A stretch of 64,000 nucleotides of DNA from Candidatus Colwellbacteria bacterium (GTDB taxonomy: Bacteria > Patescibacteriota > Minisyncoccia > UBA6257 > Colwellbacteraceae): assembly GCA_028710275.1 (NCBI GenBank), contig JAQTUL010000007.1, positions 952 to 64,951 on the forward strand, in the 5' to 3' direction. Position 1 is the first letter of the stretch; each line of letters begins with the position of its first letter. Made by a program: the position numbers and the translations under genes. Of the stretch, positions 9,237-19,179 are shown piece after piece. The notes beneath the pieces were generated by a model. The model ran no database searches. It saw nothing but the letters and a program-made list of their open reading frames with translations, and was not told the origin of the DNA.

Positions 9237-10286
9237 TTAAATACCAAGGTCTCCTTTTGCGGAGATGCGGCGCTTTATACCGGAAAGATGTTCGATGTAG
9301 GTTCCGACCGCTATCATCGCCGCGTTGTCCGTATTGTATTTCATGCTCGGGGCAAAAAAAGACATCGATCTTTTCATAGCTCCTTCGGCGAAAGCAGAGC
9401 GGAGAGACGAGTTCGCGGCAACGCCACCAGCTAGAATCACAGACCTTGCCTTAAGATTATCTGCCGCGCGCATAGTCTTACCTATGAGGCAATCGATTAT
9501 GGCAGCCTGGAAACTGGCAGCGAGATTTTCATAGTCGTCGGGTCTTACAGAACCTGATGGCTTGTTAAATTCTTTCCAGTCAGCCTTATGAGCTCCTTTT
9601 ATATAATAGAGAAGGGAAGTCTTCAATCCAGCGAAGCTCATATCGTAATTTTTTTGATCAAGCATCGGTCTTGGGAATAATACTGCTTTCGGGTTTCCTT
9701 TTTTTGCAGCCTTCTCTATTTCCGGACCTCCTGGATAGGGAAGTCCTAAAAGGCGGGCGGCCTTATCGAAAGCCTCACCGGCGGCATCGTCTCTAGTCTC
9801 ACCAATCTTCTTAAACTCCGTAAGGCTCTTCATGGATAGAATGACCGTATGTCCGCCACTTACGATTAAAGCAATACTCGGAAACATGCGCCCTCTTGCG
9901 ATGGGGTCTAATAGAAAACTATAGAGGTGTCCTTTTAGGTGATTAGCTCCAAAAAGGGGTCTATCCATCTTCTTTGCCAGTCCGCGTGCGAATTCTATAC
10001 CAGTCCAAAGGGCGGGCTCTAATCCGGGACCCATAGTGACCGAAATAAGGTCGACGGACTCGGGGTCAATCTTCTTGGAAAGCTCTTCAAAAAGAACCGG
10101 AAGCATCTTCTCGTGTTCTCTTTTTGCGATATTGGGAACGACGCCTCCGAATTCGCGATGCATCGGTATTTGAGAAAAAACCAAGGACTCAATGACCGAA
10201 AAAGAAGGGACCTTAAGTCCTCCCTTGGCATCCACAACTGCCATCGCAGTCTCATCGCAGCTTGTCTCGATCGAGAGTATTCTCAT
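9237..10286 (-). CDS. tsaD: tRNA N6-adenosine threonylcarbamoyltransferase (Kae1/TsaD)
   Basis: MRILSIETSCDETAMAVV N-terminus, conserved H..GH metal motif, GGVAANS. Confidence 0.9.
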   Translation of the reverse strand: MRILSIETSCDETAMAVVDAKGGLKVPSFSVIESLVFSQIPMHREFGGVVPNIAKREHEKMLPVLFEELSKKIDPESVDLISVTMGPGLEPALWTGIEFARGLAKKMDRPLFGANHLKGHLYSFLLDPIARGRMFPSIALIVSGGHTVILSMKSLTEFKKIGETRDDAAGEAFDKAARLLGLPYPGGPEIEKAAKKGNPKAVLFPRPMLDQKNYDMSFAGLKTSLLYYIKGAHKADWKEFNKPSGSVRPDDYENLAASFQAAIIDCLIGKTMRAADNLKARSVILAGGVAANSSLRSAFAEGAMKRSMSFFAPSMKYNTDNAAMIAVGTYIEHLSGIKRRISAKGDLGI

Positions 10287-10446
10287 ATCAATCGGAATGG
10301 TATAACGCCCTTAAGGGAAGGGCAAACGAGAATGGTTAAGGCTTGATATGCAGTAGATATAATTGACATTATTATTAAGACGTTGTATCTTCACCGGAGC
10401 TCTTTTTAATTCAAAAAGCTCATTATAAAGAAGGAGGTTGTTATTA

Positions 10447-10776
10447 TTGGCTGAGAAATACAGACTTGAAAAAGTACCTGGAGGCGGTTTTGGGATAACC
10501 TGGACCGGCGGCAAAATGGAAGGTGATTGCTATCTGAGGGCTATAAAGGCCAGTACAGATGCTAAAGAACTGAAAGAAAAGAACAGGAGGGTGCCTAAGG
10601 GCTCCCAATTCTCCCCACCTCAGTCGCTAGGAGAGATATCTGTCGATCTTCGGAATGGAGGTATGGCAAGGATGCTTGGCGAAAAGGCTGAAAGATGTCT
10701 TGGGGTCATACTCTATGAAAATAACCAAAAGACTGAGTTTACCGCTCCAGTCTTGGCTCCTAAAACGAGACAATAG
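10447..10776 (+). CDS. hypothetical protein (probable TTG start 10 nt after AGGAGG)
   Basis: ORF behind a strong RBS; the start is ambiguous (TTG at 10438 or 10447); terminator follows. Confidence 0.35.
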   Translation: MAEKYRLEKVPGGGFGITWTGGKMEGDCYLRAIKASTDAKELKEKNRRVPKGSQFSPPQSLGEISVDLRNGGMARMLGEKAERCLGVILYENNQKTEFTAPVLAPKTRQ

Positions 10777-10794
10777 TGATAAAGAGCTTAAAAG

Positions 10795-10826
10795 GACCCC
10801 TGCATATCGCAGGGGTCTTCGTTTTT
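10795..10826 (+). terminator. rho-independent terminator (GACCCCTGC-atat-CGCAGGGGTC followed by T-run)
   Basis: 10-bp stem followed by TTTTT. Confidence 0.7.
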
Positions 10827-10846
10827 CTTGACGATATGTTCCTTGG

Positions 10847-12130
10847 TTGTACGATAATGGAACAATGAAAAGGAAAATATATCTTGATAACGCGGCCACA
10901 ACGCCGGTCGATAAAGATGTCTTTGCTGCGATGGAACCTTATTTTTCCGAGATATATGCTAATCCTTCATCCGTGCACGGAGAAGGTCAGGAAGCACAGG
11001 AGGGTCTCGTTTTGGCAAGAAAGAAGGTAGCCGATTTTCTTAATAGTGATGTTTCAGAGATTATATTCACAAGCGGGGCGACTGAGGGGAACAATACTGT
11101 TATCAAAGGCATATCGGCTTCTGAAAAAATAAAAGAATCGGCAGGCGGGATCCCTCATATAATAGTAAGTAGCATAGAGCATGATTGCATCATCGAGTCG
11201 GCGAAAAGGATGATGAAAGAAAAAATCGCCGAAGTTACCTTCGTTCCGGTCGGAGAGGATGGATTAGTGAATGTGGAGGAGATAAAGAAAGCCATAAGAC
11301 CGAACACGGTCCTTGTCTCTGTGATGTATGCCAATAATGAAATTGGATCGATACAGCCGATAATCGAAATAGGGGAGATGATAGATGGAGAGAATCGGTT
11401 AGGTCATACGCGGATATATTTCCATACTGACGCGGTCCAAGCGGTGAATTATCTCGATTGCGATGTTCAAAAGCTCAAAGTTGATATGATGACCATTTCC
11501 GGACATAAGATATATGGACCGAAAGGGGTCGGCGTCTTATATGTAAGGAAGGGAGTTCCTATCATGCCTTTAATGGATGGCGGAGAACAGGAATACCGAT
11601 TGAGAGCGGGAACGCACAATATGACCGGAATAGTTGGCATAGGTGCAGCGGTTGATAAAGTAATCGCCGATAGGCCCGAGATATCGAAGACGACCGCTCT
11701 CAGGGATAAGCTTATAGACGGTATATTATCAAAGATAAGCGGAACGGCTTTGAACGGCTTAAGGGAAAAGAGGCTGCCGAACAATGCTAATATACGCTTT
11801 GAAGGAACCGAAGGAGAGGCGATACTCGTCATGCTCGATATGGAAGGGATTGCGGTCTCGACCGGTTCGGCTTGCGCTGCAAGGTCTCTTTCTCCTTCCC
11901 ATGTCCTGAAAGCGATGGGACTTGTGGATATAGACGCTCACAGTTCGATAAGGTTCTCACTTGGAAGAAATACAACGGAGGAGGATATAAACAGAGTTAT
12001 TGAGGTTCTCCCTGGCATTATCGAAAAACTTCGGGGGGTGAGCGGCAGTTTTAATAATGAAGATCTCAGGAATCCGACAGCCTGGAAGGATGATGAAGAT
12101 GAAGAGAAGTGTGGAACAGGCTGCGTCTAA
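10847..12130 (+). CDS. iscS: cysteine desulfurase (IscS/NifS class V aminotransferase)
   Basis: PLP lysine context TISGHKIYGPKGVGVLYV; active-site Cys loop STGSACA; paired with the scaffold gene. Confidence 0.9.
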   Translation: MYDNGTMKRKIYLDNAATTPVDKDVFAAMEPYFSEIYANPSSVHGEGQEAQEGLVLARKKVADFLNSDVSEIIFTSGATEGNNTVIKGISASEKIKESAGGIPHIIVSSIEHDCIIESAKRMMKEKIAEVTFVPVGEDGLVNVEEIKKAIRPNTVLVSVMYANNEIGSIQPIIEIGEMIDGENRLGHTRIYFHTDAVQAVNYLDCDVQKLKVDMMTISGHKIYGPKGVGVLYVRKGVPIMPLMDGGEQEYRLRAGTHNMTGIVGIGAAVDKVIADRPEISKTTALRDKLIDGILSKISGTALNGLREKRLPNNANIRFEGTEGEAILVMLDMEGIAVSTGSACAARSLSPSHVLKAMGLVDIDAHSSIRFSLGRNTTEEDINRVIEVLPGIIEKLRGVSGSFNNEDLRNPTAWKDDEDEEKCGTGCV

Positions 12131-12154
12131 AAGATAAATAAAAAAATAGAGAAA

Positions 12155-12538
12155 ATGTATTCGAAAGAGGTAATGGACCATTTTCAGTCTCCGAGAAATC
12201 TTGGGGCTATAGATTCTCCGGATGCCGTCGGCAATGTTGGTAATCCGGTATGCGGGGACATGATGAAGATATATTTGAAGATTGCCCTGAATGAAGAAGG
12301 AAAAGAGGTAATCGAAAAAATTGGATTCGAGACCCTAGGGTGCGTCGCCGCCATAGCGACCTCATCGATGGTAACCGAACTTGCCGAAGGAAAGACCCTT
12401 GATGAAGCAATGAAAATAGAATTCAAGGATGTGGAAAAGGCCTTAGGGTCTCTTCCTCCGATAAAGGTGCATTGTGCCGACCTCTCTGTAAGAGCGTTAC
12501 GTAAGGCGATAGAGGACTATAGGGCGAAAAGAGGCTGA
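12155..12538 (+). CDS. iscU: Fe-S cluster assembly scaffold protein IscU/NifU-like
   Basis: three conserved Cys (NPVCGD, LGCVAA, HCADLS) and 127-aa length. Confidence 0.85.
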   Translation: MYSKEVMDHFQSPRNLGAIDSPDAVGNVGNPVCGDMMKIYLKIALNEEGKEVIEKIGFETLGCVAAIATSSMVTELAEGKTLDEAMKIEFKDVEKALGSLPPIKVHCADLSVRALRKAIEDYRAKRG

Positions 12539-12611
12539 GAACCGACCCCTTGGACCGGATGACGGATAAGGCGTATTATCGAGACAGAACATTTTAAAGG
12601 GAGGTGTCTCT

Positions 12612-12854
12612 ATGAGCGAGTTCGATCTTCCAAAGGAACTACTGAGATTAAAGACTGTGGAGAAACTGCTCGAGGATTGGGAGCCAACAAGCGATCTTCA
12701 GCGGGAAAGGAAAAAGTCCATACAGTACGACATTAGGGAGGCGAGAATGTCATCCGAAGCGGCATCCGGTAAGGCGGGCCATAAAGCGATTATATCAGCC
12801 GGAAAGATAGCCGAGTTCGCAGAGAGAAAGATTTGGGAGACCAATCTTCGATAA
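12612..12854 (+). CDS. hypothetical small protein
   Basis: 80-aa ORF with RBS GGGAGG and a strong terminator downstream. Confidence 0.45.
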   Translation: MSEFDLPKELLRLKTVEKLLEDWEPTSDLQRERKKSIQYDIREARMSSEAASGKAGHKAIISAGKIAEFAERKIWETNLR

Positions 12855-12870
12855 CTCAGAAGCCAGGAAA

Positions 12871-12905
12871 GCGGCGACCACATAATAAGGTCGCCGCATT
12901 TTTTA
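12871..12905 (+). terminator. rho-independent terminator (GCGGCGACC...GGTCGCCGC followed by T-run)
   Basis: 9-bp GC-rich stem followed by TTTTTTATT. Confidence 0.75.
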
Positions 12906-12987
12906 TTCGCGATGTTTTGCTATAAGACACAAAAGTTGCCAAATAGCCGGTTTCTTGGCAATATGTGAGACGTTTAGACCATATATT

Positions 12988-13059
12988 GGCCCTATCGTCT
13001 AACGGTTAGGACGCCAGGTTTTCATCCTGGCAATCGGGGTTCGACTCCCCGTGGGGCTG
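12988..13059 (+). tRNA. tRNA-Glu (anticodon TTC)
   Basis: acceptor GGCCCTA/TGGGGCT (two G-U pairs), D stem CGTC/GACG, anticodon stem CCAGG/CCTGG with loop TTTTCAT, T-arm CGGGG-TTCGACT-CCCCG. Confidence 0.8.
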
Positions 13060-13114
13060 CAAAAAACGCGAAAAATAAGAGGGGTACGGATGTGAGAGCG
13101 TAATCATCGGTCGC

Positions 13115-14647
13115 GTGCCATCTGAATCAATGAAAAGATTTTTCGAAATACTTCCTGGAGCTCTCGCCTGGACGACTATCATCGCCATGTTTTTCGTGTC
13201 GTGGATATTTCCCGTTCAGACGGCCGTTTTCATAATCTTGTTCGATATATTCTGGCTACTAAAGACGGTCCACTTCGCTATCTATCTCATAATTGGCTAC
13301 AAGGAGATGAAGAGGTCTATGGGGATGCATTGGTTTGATATGGCAAAAGAGCTGTCTCCAAGAGATGGGCGGAGCGTGGATAATATCTATCATCTTATTA
13401 TCTTCCCAATGTATAAGGAGACTTATTCAGTGGTCAGGGAGAACTTTGAATCGCTTATAAAAACAAACTATCCCCTTAATAAGTTAATAGTGGTTCTTTC
13501 TGGGGAGGAGAGGGCAGGAGAGGAGTCATTCGATACCATAAGAAGGATAAGCGATGAATACGGCTCTAAATTCTATAGATTTCTTTCTACAGTCCATCCG
13601 AAAGATATGCCGGGTGAGATACCAGGGAAAGGTTCAAACGAGGCTTGGGCGGCTAGGCAGGCTAAGGAGATAATAATAGATAAGGAAGCGATACCGTATG
13701 AGAACATAATAGTATCAACCTTCGATGTCGATACACAGGTATTTCCGGAATATTTCGGAAGGCTGGTTCATGCGTTTCTCACAGCCGAACATCCGGATAG
13801 ATCAAGCTATCAACCGATAGTCTTTTTTACGAACAATATATATGAAGCGCCTATATTCGCCAGGATAGCGGCTTTTTCAACGACCTTCTGGAATGTGATG
13901 AATCAAATAAGGCCGGAGCAGCTCATAACGTTTTCCTCGCACTCCATGCCTTTTAAGGCTCTTGTCGAGATTGGTTTCTGGACCACTGATCATGTCTCCG
14001 AAGATTCACTAATATTCTGGCAGTGCTTTCTCCATTACAACGGTGACTGGAGGACGGTTCCTTTAAATTATCCGGTATCAATGGACGCCAACGTTGCGGA
14101 GAGCTTCTGGCAGACGATGAAAAATATGTATAAGCAGCAAAGGCGTTGGGCTTGGGGTTGCGAGAACATACCTTTTATATTCGAGGGATTTAGAAAGAAC
14201 AGTAAGATAGCCGTATCACAAAAAATATATTGGGTATGGAACCATATAGATGTCTATTGGGGTTGGGCGACGAGCGCTCTTATGATTCTTCTTTTAGGCA
14301 GACTTCCTCTTCTTCTGGGCGGAGAGAAATTTAATGTGTCCGTACTCTCTTATAATCTTCCCCAGCTCACAAGTCTTCTTATGAACCTAGCCATAGTCGG
14401 AGTGTTCCTTTCGGCAATATTGTCGATGATGGTGCTTCCGGAAAAACCGAAATGGTTTAAGAAGAGACACTACTTTATATATCTGGTGCAGTGGATATTA
14501 CTTCCTGTTAACCTTATGGTTTTCGGAGCGATACCCGGACTTGAGGCGCAGACTAGGATGATGCTTGGAGGAAAATATCGCCTTGGATTTTGGGTTACCC
14601 CGAAGGCGAGAAAAGGAGAAAAGATTGCCGAGTCAGAGAGTAAATAG
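13115..14647 (+). CDS. family-2 glycosyltransferase, processive type (cellulose/chitin/hyaluronan-synthase-like), polytopic membrane protein
   Basis: DxD (FDVDT) motif, the signature QQRRWAWG (Q(Q/R)xRW) motif, and multiple C-terminal TM helices. Confidence 0.75.
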   Translation: MPSESMKRFFEILPGALAWTTIIAMFFVSWIFPVQTAVFIILFDIFWLLKTVHFAIYLIIGYKEMKRSMGMHWFDMAKELSPRDGRSVDNIYHLIIFPMYKETYSVVRENFESLIKTNYPLNKLIVVLSGEERAGEESFDTIRRISDEYGSKFYRFLSTVHPKDMPGEIPGKGSNEAWAARQAKEIIIDKEAIPYENIIVSTFDVDTQVFPEYFGRLVHAFLTAEHPDRSSYQPIVFFTNNIYEAPIFARIAAFSTTFWNVMNQIRPEQLITFSSHSMPFKALVEIGFWTTDHVSEDSLIFWQCFLHYNGDWRTVPLNYPVSMDANVAESFWQTMKNMYKQQRRWAWGCENIPFIFEGFRKNSKIAVSQKIYWVWNHIDVYWGWATSALMILLLGRLPLLLGGEKFNVSVLSYNLPQLTSLLMNLAIVGVFLSAILSMMVLPEKPKWFKKRHYFIYLVQWILLPVNLMVFGAIPGLEAQTRMMLGGKYRLGFWVTPKARKGEKIAESESK

Positions 14648-14694
14648 TTATCCCCAATAAATATAAGGAAAAATTCAGCTATACTTCATATATC

Positions 14695-15195
14695 ATGAAG
14701 ATCATGGAGAAAATTTCCGGACTGCCAATAAAGACGATCATCATATATGTCGCTCTTGCGATTATATTTATCATCGGAGGAGCTATTTTGTGGAAGGGGG
14801 TTATAAATACTAATCCTGATAATTCGCCTATAACCACTCCCGGAGTTGGTGACGCGGCGCAAAATCCGGATGTTGTTATACCGAGCGTTGTAGCGCCTGC
14901 TGCTCCAGGCTCTACCTCTAAGAGAAGGGAGTTTAATATAGAGGTTGCGAACGGAGTTTTTACTCCTTCGACGGTGGTTGTAAATATAGGCGATACGGTC
15001 CATATAAACCTAACCTCCATCGACAGAGAGTATGATCTTACCATCCCAAGTTTGGGCATTAAGCAGACCGTCGCAAGAGGTCAAACAAAGCCTCTTGAGT
15101 TCCAAGTAAATGAGGTTGGCAGCTGGCCTTATTATTGTGATCTTTGCGGAGGTGCCGAATCTTCGACTAAGGGGATACTCGTGGTGAATAAATAA
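14695..15195 (+). CDS. membrane-anchored cupredoxin-like domain protein
   Basis: N-terminal TM helix; beta-sandwich pattern V..GDTVHINLTS.D..YDLTIP......G.....EF.....G.W.YYC..CG typical of the cupredoxin_1-like fold; copper ligand set incomplete. Confidence 0.5.
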   Translation: MKIMEKISGLPIKTIIIYVALAIIFIIGGAILWKGVINTNPDNSPITTPGVGDAAQNPDVVIPSVVAPAAPGSTSKRREFNIEVANGVFTPSTVVVNIGDTVHINLTSIDREYDLTIPSLGIKQTVARGQTKPLEFQVNEVGSWPYYCDLCGGAESSTKGILVVNK

Positions 15196-15314
15196 AAAAT
15201 GGGCTGACCTGATACTGACAGGAATCCTATTTCATCAATAATTAACTTTCAGTGACAATAGATATCGCACTGTCCACATCCTCTGGCGGTCAGGCAATGC
15301 TATAATTAATCCAT

Positions 15315-16760
15315 ATGAAGCAGAAGACCTTAATCATAGCCTTTATTATCTTGGGGTCTTTTTGCATGAATGCTTCCACGGTTTTCGCGTGGACTAATCC
15401 TTCGGTAAGCCCGGCAGCTGGAGGAGGGATGTACGTTGCCGAACAAAACTCTCCAGCAAATACGGTCTATATAAAATCCAACGGCAATGTGGGCGTTGGG
15501 ATGACTAATCCGACTGCCAAAATGAACATTGGATTAGACACGTCTTTTACGAGCGGTACGGCGTCGATGATAAACTGGACCGCTGCCACTACCGGAGCTT
15601 CATCAAATACGATCGGGCTAAATATCGATTTTAACAACTTTACCCCTAACGCTACCAGTTCCAACACCTACGGTGTTTTTCTAGATGATCCAGTCAATGC
15701 CAATGGTTCGGTCTACGGCCTTTATGTCTCTGGATCGAACTGGGACTATGGAATATATTCCGCGGACAATGTCTATTTCACCACGACTAGTTATATGGGG
15801 GATACCTCAACCTATTTTGATACATCCGGAAGATTATTCTTGCCCGCTTCCGATTATATACAATTCGATACTGCCGCTACTCAGATATATGCTTCTGCTG
15901 ATGCTATAGAGAATCTTACGGTGACGGCTGCCGGTCACATAATCCTCAACCCTGTAAGCAATGTCGGTATCGGCAATATCTCTCCTACTGCGTATCTCAA
16001 TATAAAAGCCGGGACCGCCGCGGCCGGTACGGCTCCTTTGAAATTCACAACCGGAGTGAACCTAACAGCTCCGGAGGCCGGAGCGGTGGAATGGGACGGA
16101 ACTAATCTTTTTATAACCCAGGATACCGGACCAACCAGAAAGACGATTGCCTATACCGATTCTGCGTCCACCGGAACCATCACGGCCGCGAACGTCTCAT
16201 CCGGAGCCTTCGGGGCAAACACTGGGGGAGGGAACTATAGTTTTCCCGCGAATGTTGCTATAGGAACCTCTGGGACGCCCGCTGCTGCGTTGGATGTACG
16301 GGGGCTAATGGTTGGAGGATTTGGCGCTCAGACGACAGCGGGCACTCTTGATTGGAATGATGTATCTAATTCACGATCAGGAAGCGGATATTCACTTCTT
16401 CTTGGTAGTGCGACAAATGGTCCAGGTTCTGGAAATTATTTCCATCCTTTCAGTTTCGAATATAGTAATAAGGATGGCACCGGCAATGTAACCCAATTTG
16501 CTATTCCTTATGGAAACTCCTCAAGTATCAATACGGGAATGTTTATGAGAGGTAGATATGGTGGGGCGTGGACCTCTTGGGTAAAAGTAATCACCTCAGA
16601 CACGAGTGGTAATGTGACGTTTACTGGAAATACAAACCTATGTCATCTAGTTTCCTATTCTGGAGGAACAACGTCGTGCCCAGCCGGATATTACACGTGG
16701 ACAGGCACCGCTCTCGCTTCAGGAACGATGTTATGTTGTAAGGTAGATAATCCACTGTAA
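15315..16760 (+). CDS. secreted Ser/Thr/Gly/Ala-rich protein, probable cell-surface protein
   Basis: clear signal peptide (MKQKTLIIAFIILGSFCMNASTVFA); low-complexity T/S/G/A/N composition; Cys pairs at the C-terminus. Confidence 0.55.
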   Translation: MKQKTLIIAFIILGSFCMNASTVFAWTNPSVSPAAGGGMYVAEQNSPANTVYIKSNGNVGVGMTNPTAKMNIGLDTSFTSGTASMINWTAATTGASSNTIGLNIDFNNFTPNATSSNTYGVFLDDPVNANGSVYGLYVSGSNWDYGIYSADNVYFTTTSYMGDTSTYFDTSGRLFLPASDYIQFDTAATQIYASADAIENLTVTAAGHIILNPVSNVGIGNISPTAYLNIKAGTAAAGTAPLKFTTGVNLTAPEAGAVEWDGTNLFITQDTGPTRKTIAYTDSASTGTITAANVSSGAFGANTGGGNYSFPANVAIGTSGTPAAALDVRGLMVGGFGAQTTAGTLDWNDVSNSRSGSGYSLLLGSATNGPGSGNYFHPFSFEYSNKDGTGNVTQFAIPYGNSSSINTGMFMRGRYGGAWTSWVKVITSDTSGNVTFTGNTNLCHLVSYSGGTTSCPAGYYTWTGTALASGTMLCCKVDNPL

Positions 16761-16772
16761 AAATATCTTAAG

Positions 16773-16797
16773 ACCCGCCTGATGGCGGGTTTTTTTG
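16773..16797 (+). terminator. rho-independent terminator (ACCCGCC-tgatg-GCGGGT followed by T7)
   Basis: hairpin followed by TTTTTTT after the surface-protein gene; the ATG at 16782 lies inside it. Confidence 0.7.
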
Positions 16798-16853
16798 ATA
16801 TGGGTATCTTAGTGTTTGTATCATTTCCGTCTTTTGGTTTATCATCTTCATAT

Positions 16854-17333
16854 ATGTCGAACGCAGTAAACGGACCTTCTTACGAAACACTCGAGGTTAG
16901 CGCTAAACTATATCCATTGGAGGCCATATATGGCGCGGTCTATGTCTTTCTGGACAAGGCTTATTTTTTCCTTGATGGGGACCCGGAAGATAAGGTGACC
17001 ATAAATATAAAAGGGAAGGAGGGGATTTCCCAAAATGATCTCAAACAACTCAAAAACGAGCTTCAGAATGAGCTTATAAACTATGCGTTTAGGGTTAAAA
17101 TATCCGAATCCAACAGAAAGATAAGAGAATACATAGTCGGAGCCGCCCTTCTGGGGGTTACGGGCGAGTTTGATATTCATCCGGCAAGTATAAGACCGGA
17201 GGAAAAAAATGATGACCGCGGACATCTGGCCGAGGAAGAAGTTGTCATAGACGATGTCTGGGCCGATGATCCTTTGGGAATAGCCGTTCCCTGGGAGGAT
17301 AAATATATGACCGAAAATAAAGAAGGGGAATAG
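16854..17333 (+). CDS. hypothetical protein, candidate HxsD-like His-Xaa-Ser system accessory protein (start uncertain, 16782 to 16854)
   Basis: first ORF of the Hxs-type cluster; contains ELINYAFRV, which resembles the LLNDYxLRE motif I recall for HxsD (from memory, unverified). Confidence 0.4.
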   Translation: MSNAVNGPSYETLEVSAKLYPLEAIYGAVYVFLDKAYFFLDGDPEDKVTINIKGKEGISQNDLKQLKNELQNELINYAFRVKISESNRKIREYIVGAALLGVTGEFDIHPASIRPEEKNDDRGHLAEEEVVIDDVWADDPLGIAVPWEDKYMTENKEGE

Positions 17334-17543
17334 ATGGATATCCTATTCAGCAAGAAGCTCTATAAAGAAGAGGCGATAGACGCGGCGGCGGCCGCCTTCA
17401 GCGACGTGGCTGACATATTCATAACGGTTGGGCGCGATATCATAGGCGTTGGCATAAAAGGCTGCGCCGCGGAGGATAAGCCGCTTATACAGAGCGAGTT
17501 TTCCAATTACGTGCTTTCAGAAATGAGGAGGCCCATTATTTAG
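17334..17543 (+). CDS. small protein (69 aa), second HxsD-like candidate
   Basis: start abuts the previous stop (TAGATG); C-terminal EFSNYVLSEMRR again resembles an LLNDYxLRE-type motif. Confidence 0.35.
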   Translation: MDILFSKKLYKEEAIDAAAAAFSDVADIFITVGRDIIGVGIKGCAAEDKPLIQSEFSNYVLSEMRRPII

Positions 17544-17549
17544 ACTATT

Positions 17550-19040
17550 ATGGAAAAAAACAAGTGCAAAGGCTGCATGAACTGCGGCAATATAGAGCTT
17601 GATCCCGATAAGCCGAATTTTTTCAGATTCAGGAAGGTGGGAGACCAGGTTCTTATAACTAATGATTTTGGAGGCAGTCATTTTCTTTCGGAAGCTGATT
17701 TTAAGGATTTTGCTGAAGGAAAGATAACTCCGATACATGAGCAATATGACCCTCTTATGAAAGCGGGTTTTCTGAAGAGTGATATAGACGTTGATATGGC
17801 CCTTAATCTGTATAGGTCGAGAAACGCGTCAATATTCTACGGGCCATCCCTCCATATAATAGTCGTCACACTGAGGTGTAACTATAAGTGTGTCTATTGT
17901 CAGGCGAGTTCAAGGCCGATGGATGGAATCGGATATGATATGGATATAGAAACTGCGAGAAAGACAGTTGATTTTATATTTTCTACGCCTAATCCCTCAA
18001 TAACGATAGAGTTCCAGGGCGGTGAGCCACTTATTAACTGGGAGGCTATCAAGTTTATAACCGAATACGCAAGACAAAAGGAGGCTGAGACGGGAAAGAA
18101 GGTTTTTCTTTCGCTCGTTTCTAATCTCAGTCTTCTCGATGAGGAAAAGCTTGATTTCATAATTGATCACGGGGTGGGTCTCTGTACTTCCATTGACGGT
18201 CCAGAGGAGCTTCATAATCTCAATCGTCCGATGCCTGGAGGGAACAGCTATCGGGAGACTATGGATCGAGTAGATAGGATAAAAAAGCTAGAAGCTGACA
18301 GGGAGGCGGAAAAAAAGCCGATGTATAAGCTTTCAGCCCTACTTACCGTATCAAAAAGGTCTCTTTCGCAACCTAAGGAGATAATCGACGAATATCTGAA
18401 ACATGGTTTTACGGGGATACATCTCCGGCCTTTAAGCTATCTAGGGGACGCGACAAAAACGGGAGATTCTATCGGATATAGCGCCTTAGAATTCATGGAT
18501 TTCTGGAAAAGGTCCCTCGATTACATATTGGAATTAAATATGGCTGGTGCGGAGTTCACTGAGCGCGGATCGGCGATTGTTTTGCAGAAGATATTAAAGG
18601 CGATGGACCCGGGGTATGTTGACCTCAAATCTCCGTGCGGAGCCGTGATAGGCCAGATGCTCTATAACTACGATGGCAAAATATACACTTGCGATGAAGG
18701 AAGAATGTGTGAAGGAGATGTATTCGCGTTAGGAAGGGTGGATGATACGGGTGGAGAAGAGACTAAGGAGGCGTATAACGAAAATTATAAGCGTATCGTC
18801 ACCGGCGGGAAGACAAAGGCGATGCTCGTAGCATCGACCCTTGATAACACCCCTTGTGACTATTGTGCCTATAAACCTTATTGTGGGGTCTGTCCTGTTA
18901 TAAACTATTCAACATCCGGTAATCTTTATCCCCAGATGGCGACAAGTGACTGGTGTGTCAGACAGAAAGCCATGTTCGACTACCTATTCGAGAAGATGCA
19001 GCATCCGGAGTATCTGAAAATATTCAAAAAATGGATATAA
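17550..19040 (+). CDS. radical SAM enzyme with C-terminal SPASM-like domain and Cys-rich N-terminal extension (Hxs-system maturase candidate)
   Basis: CNYKCVYC (CxxxCxxC) cluster motif, GGEPL, C-terminal CDYCAYKPYCGVC SPASM-type Cys motif, N-terminal CKGCMNC. Confidence 0.85.
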   Translation: MEKNKCKGCMNCGNIELDPDKPNFFRFRKVGDQVLITNDFGGSHFLSEADFKDFAEGKITPIHEQYDPLMKAGFLKSDIDVDMALNLYRSRNASIFYGPSLHIIVVTLRCNYKCVYCQASSRPMDGIGYDMDIETARKTVDFIFSTPNPSITIEFQGGEPLINWEAIKFITEYARQKEAETGKKVFLSLVSNLSLLDEEKLDFIIDHGVGLCTSIDGPEELHNLNRPMPGGNSYRETMDRVDRIKKLEADREAEKKPMYKLSALLTVSKRSLSQPKEIIDEYLKHGFTGIHLRPLSYLGDATKTGDSIGYSALEFMDFWKRSLDYILELNMAGAEFTERGSAIVLQKILKAMDPGYVDLKSPCGAVIGQMLYNYDGKIYTCDEGRMCEGDVFALGRVDDTGGEETKEAYNENYKRIVTGGKTKAMLVASTLDNTPCDYCAYKPYCGVCPVINYSTSGNLYPQMATSDWCVRQKAMFDYLFEKMQHPEYLKIFKKWI

Positions 19041-19179
19041 GAGGAGAAGAAACGATTGGTTTTATCAGATAAGAAACTTTGATCGATAAGCAGACTGTCG
19101 AAATCCACAGCTAGAAGATATACTTATACTGTATAATCAATTAAGTGTTCCATTTAAGCGAAAAACAAGGAATATTAAA

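Noticed and set aside
10287-10437. Divergent promoter boxes (TTGACA at 10365) between tsaD and the hypothetical gene
   Set aside because: A -35-like hexamer is present but there is no convincing -10 at proper spacing, so it is not reported as a feature.
13006-13188. 60-aa minus-strand ORF overlapping tRNA-Glu
   Set aside because: It overlaps a well-folding tRNA and the GT2 gene start and has no support.
16782-16853. ATG at 16782 as start of the first Hxs-cluster ORF
   Set aside because: That ATG sits inside the terminator hairpin/T-run of the upstream gene. A downstream Met (16800 or 16854) is more plausible, but the start remains uncertain.
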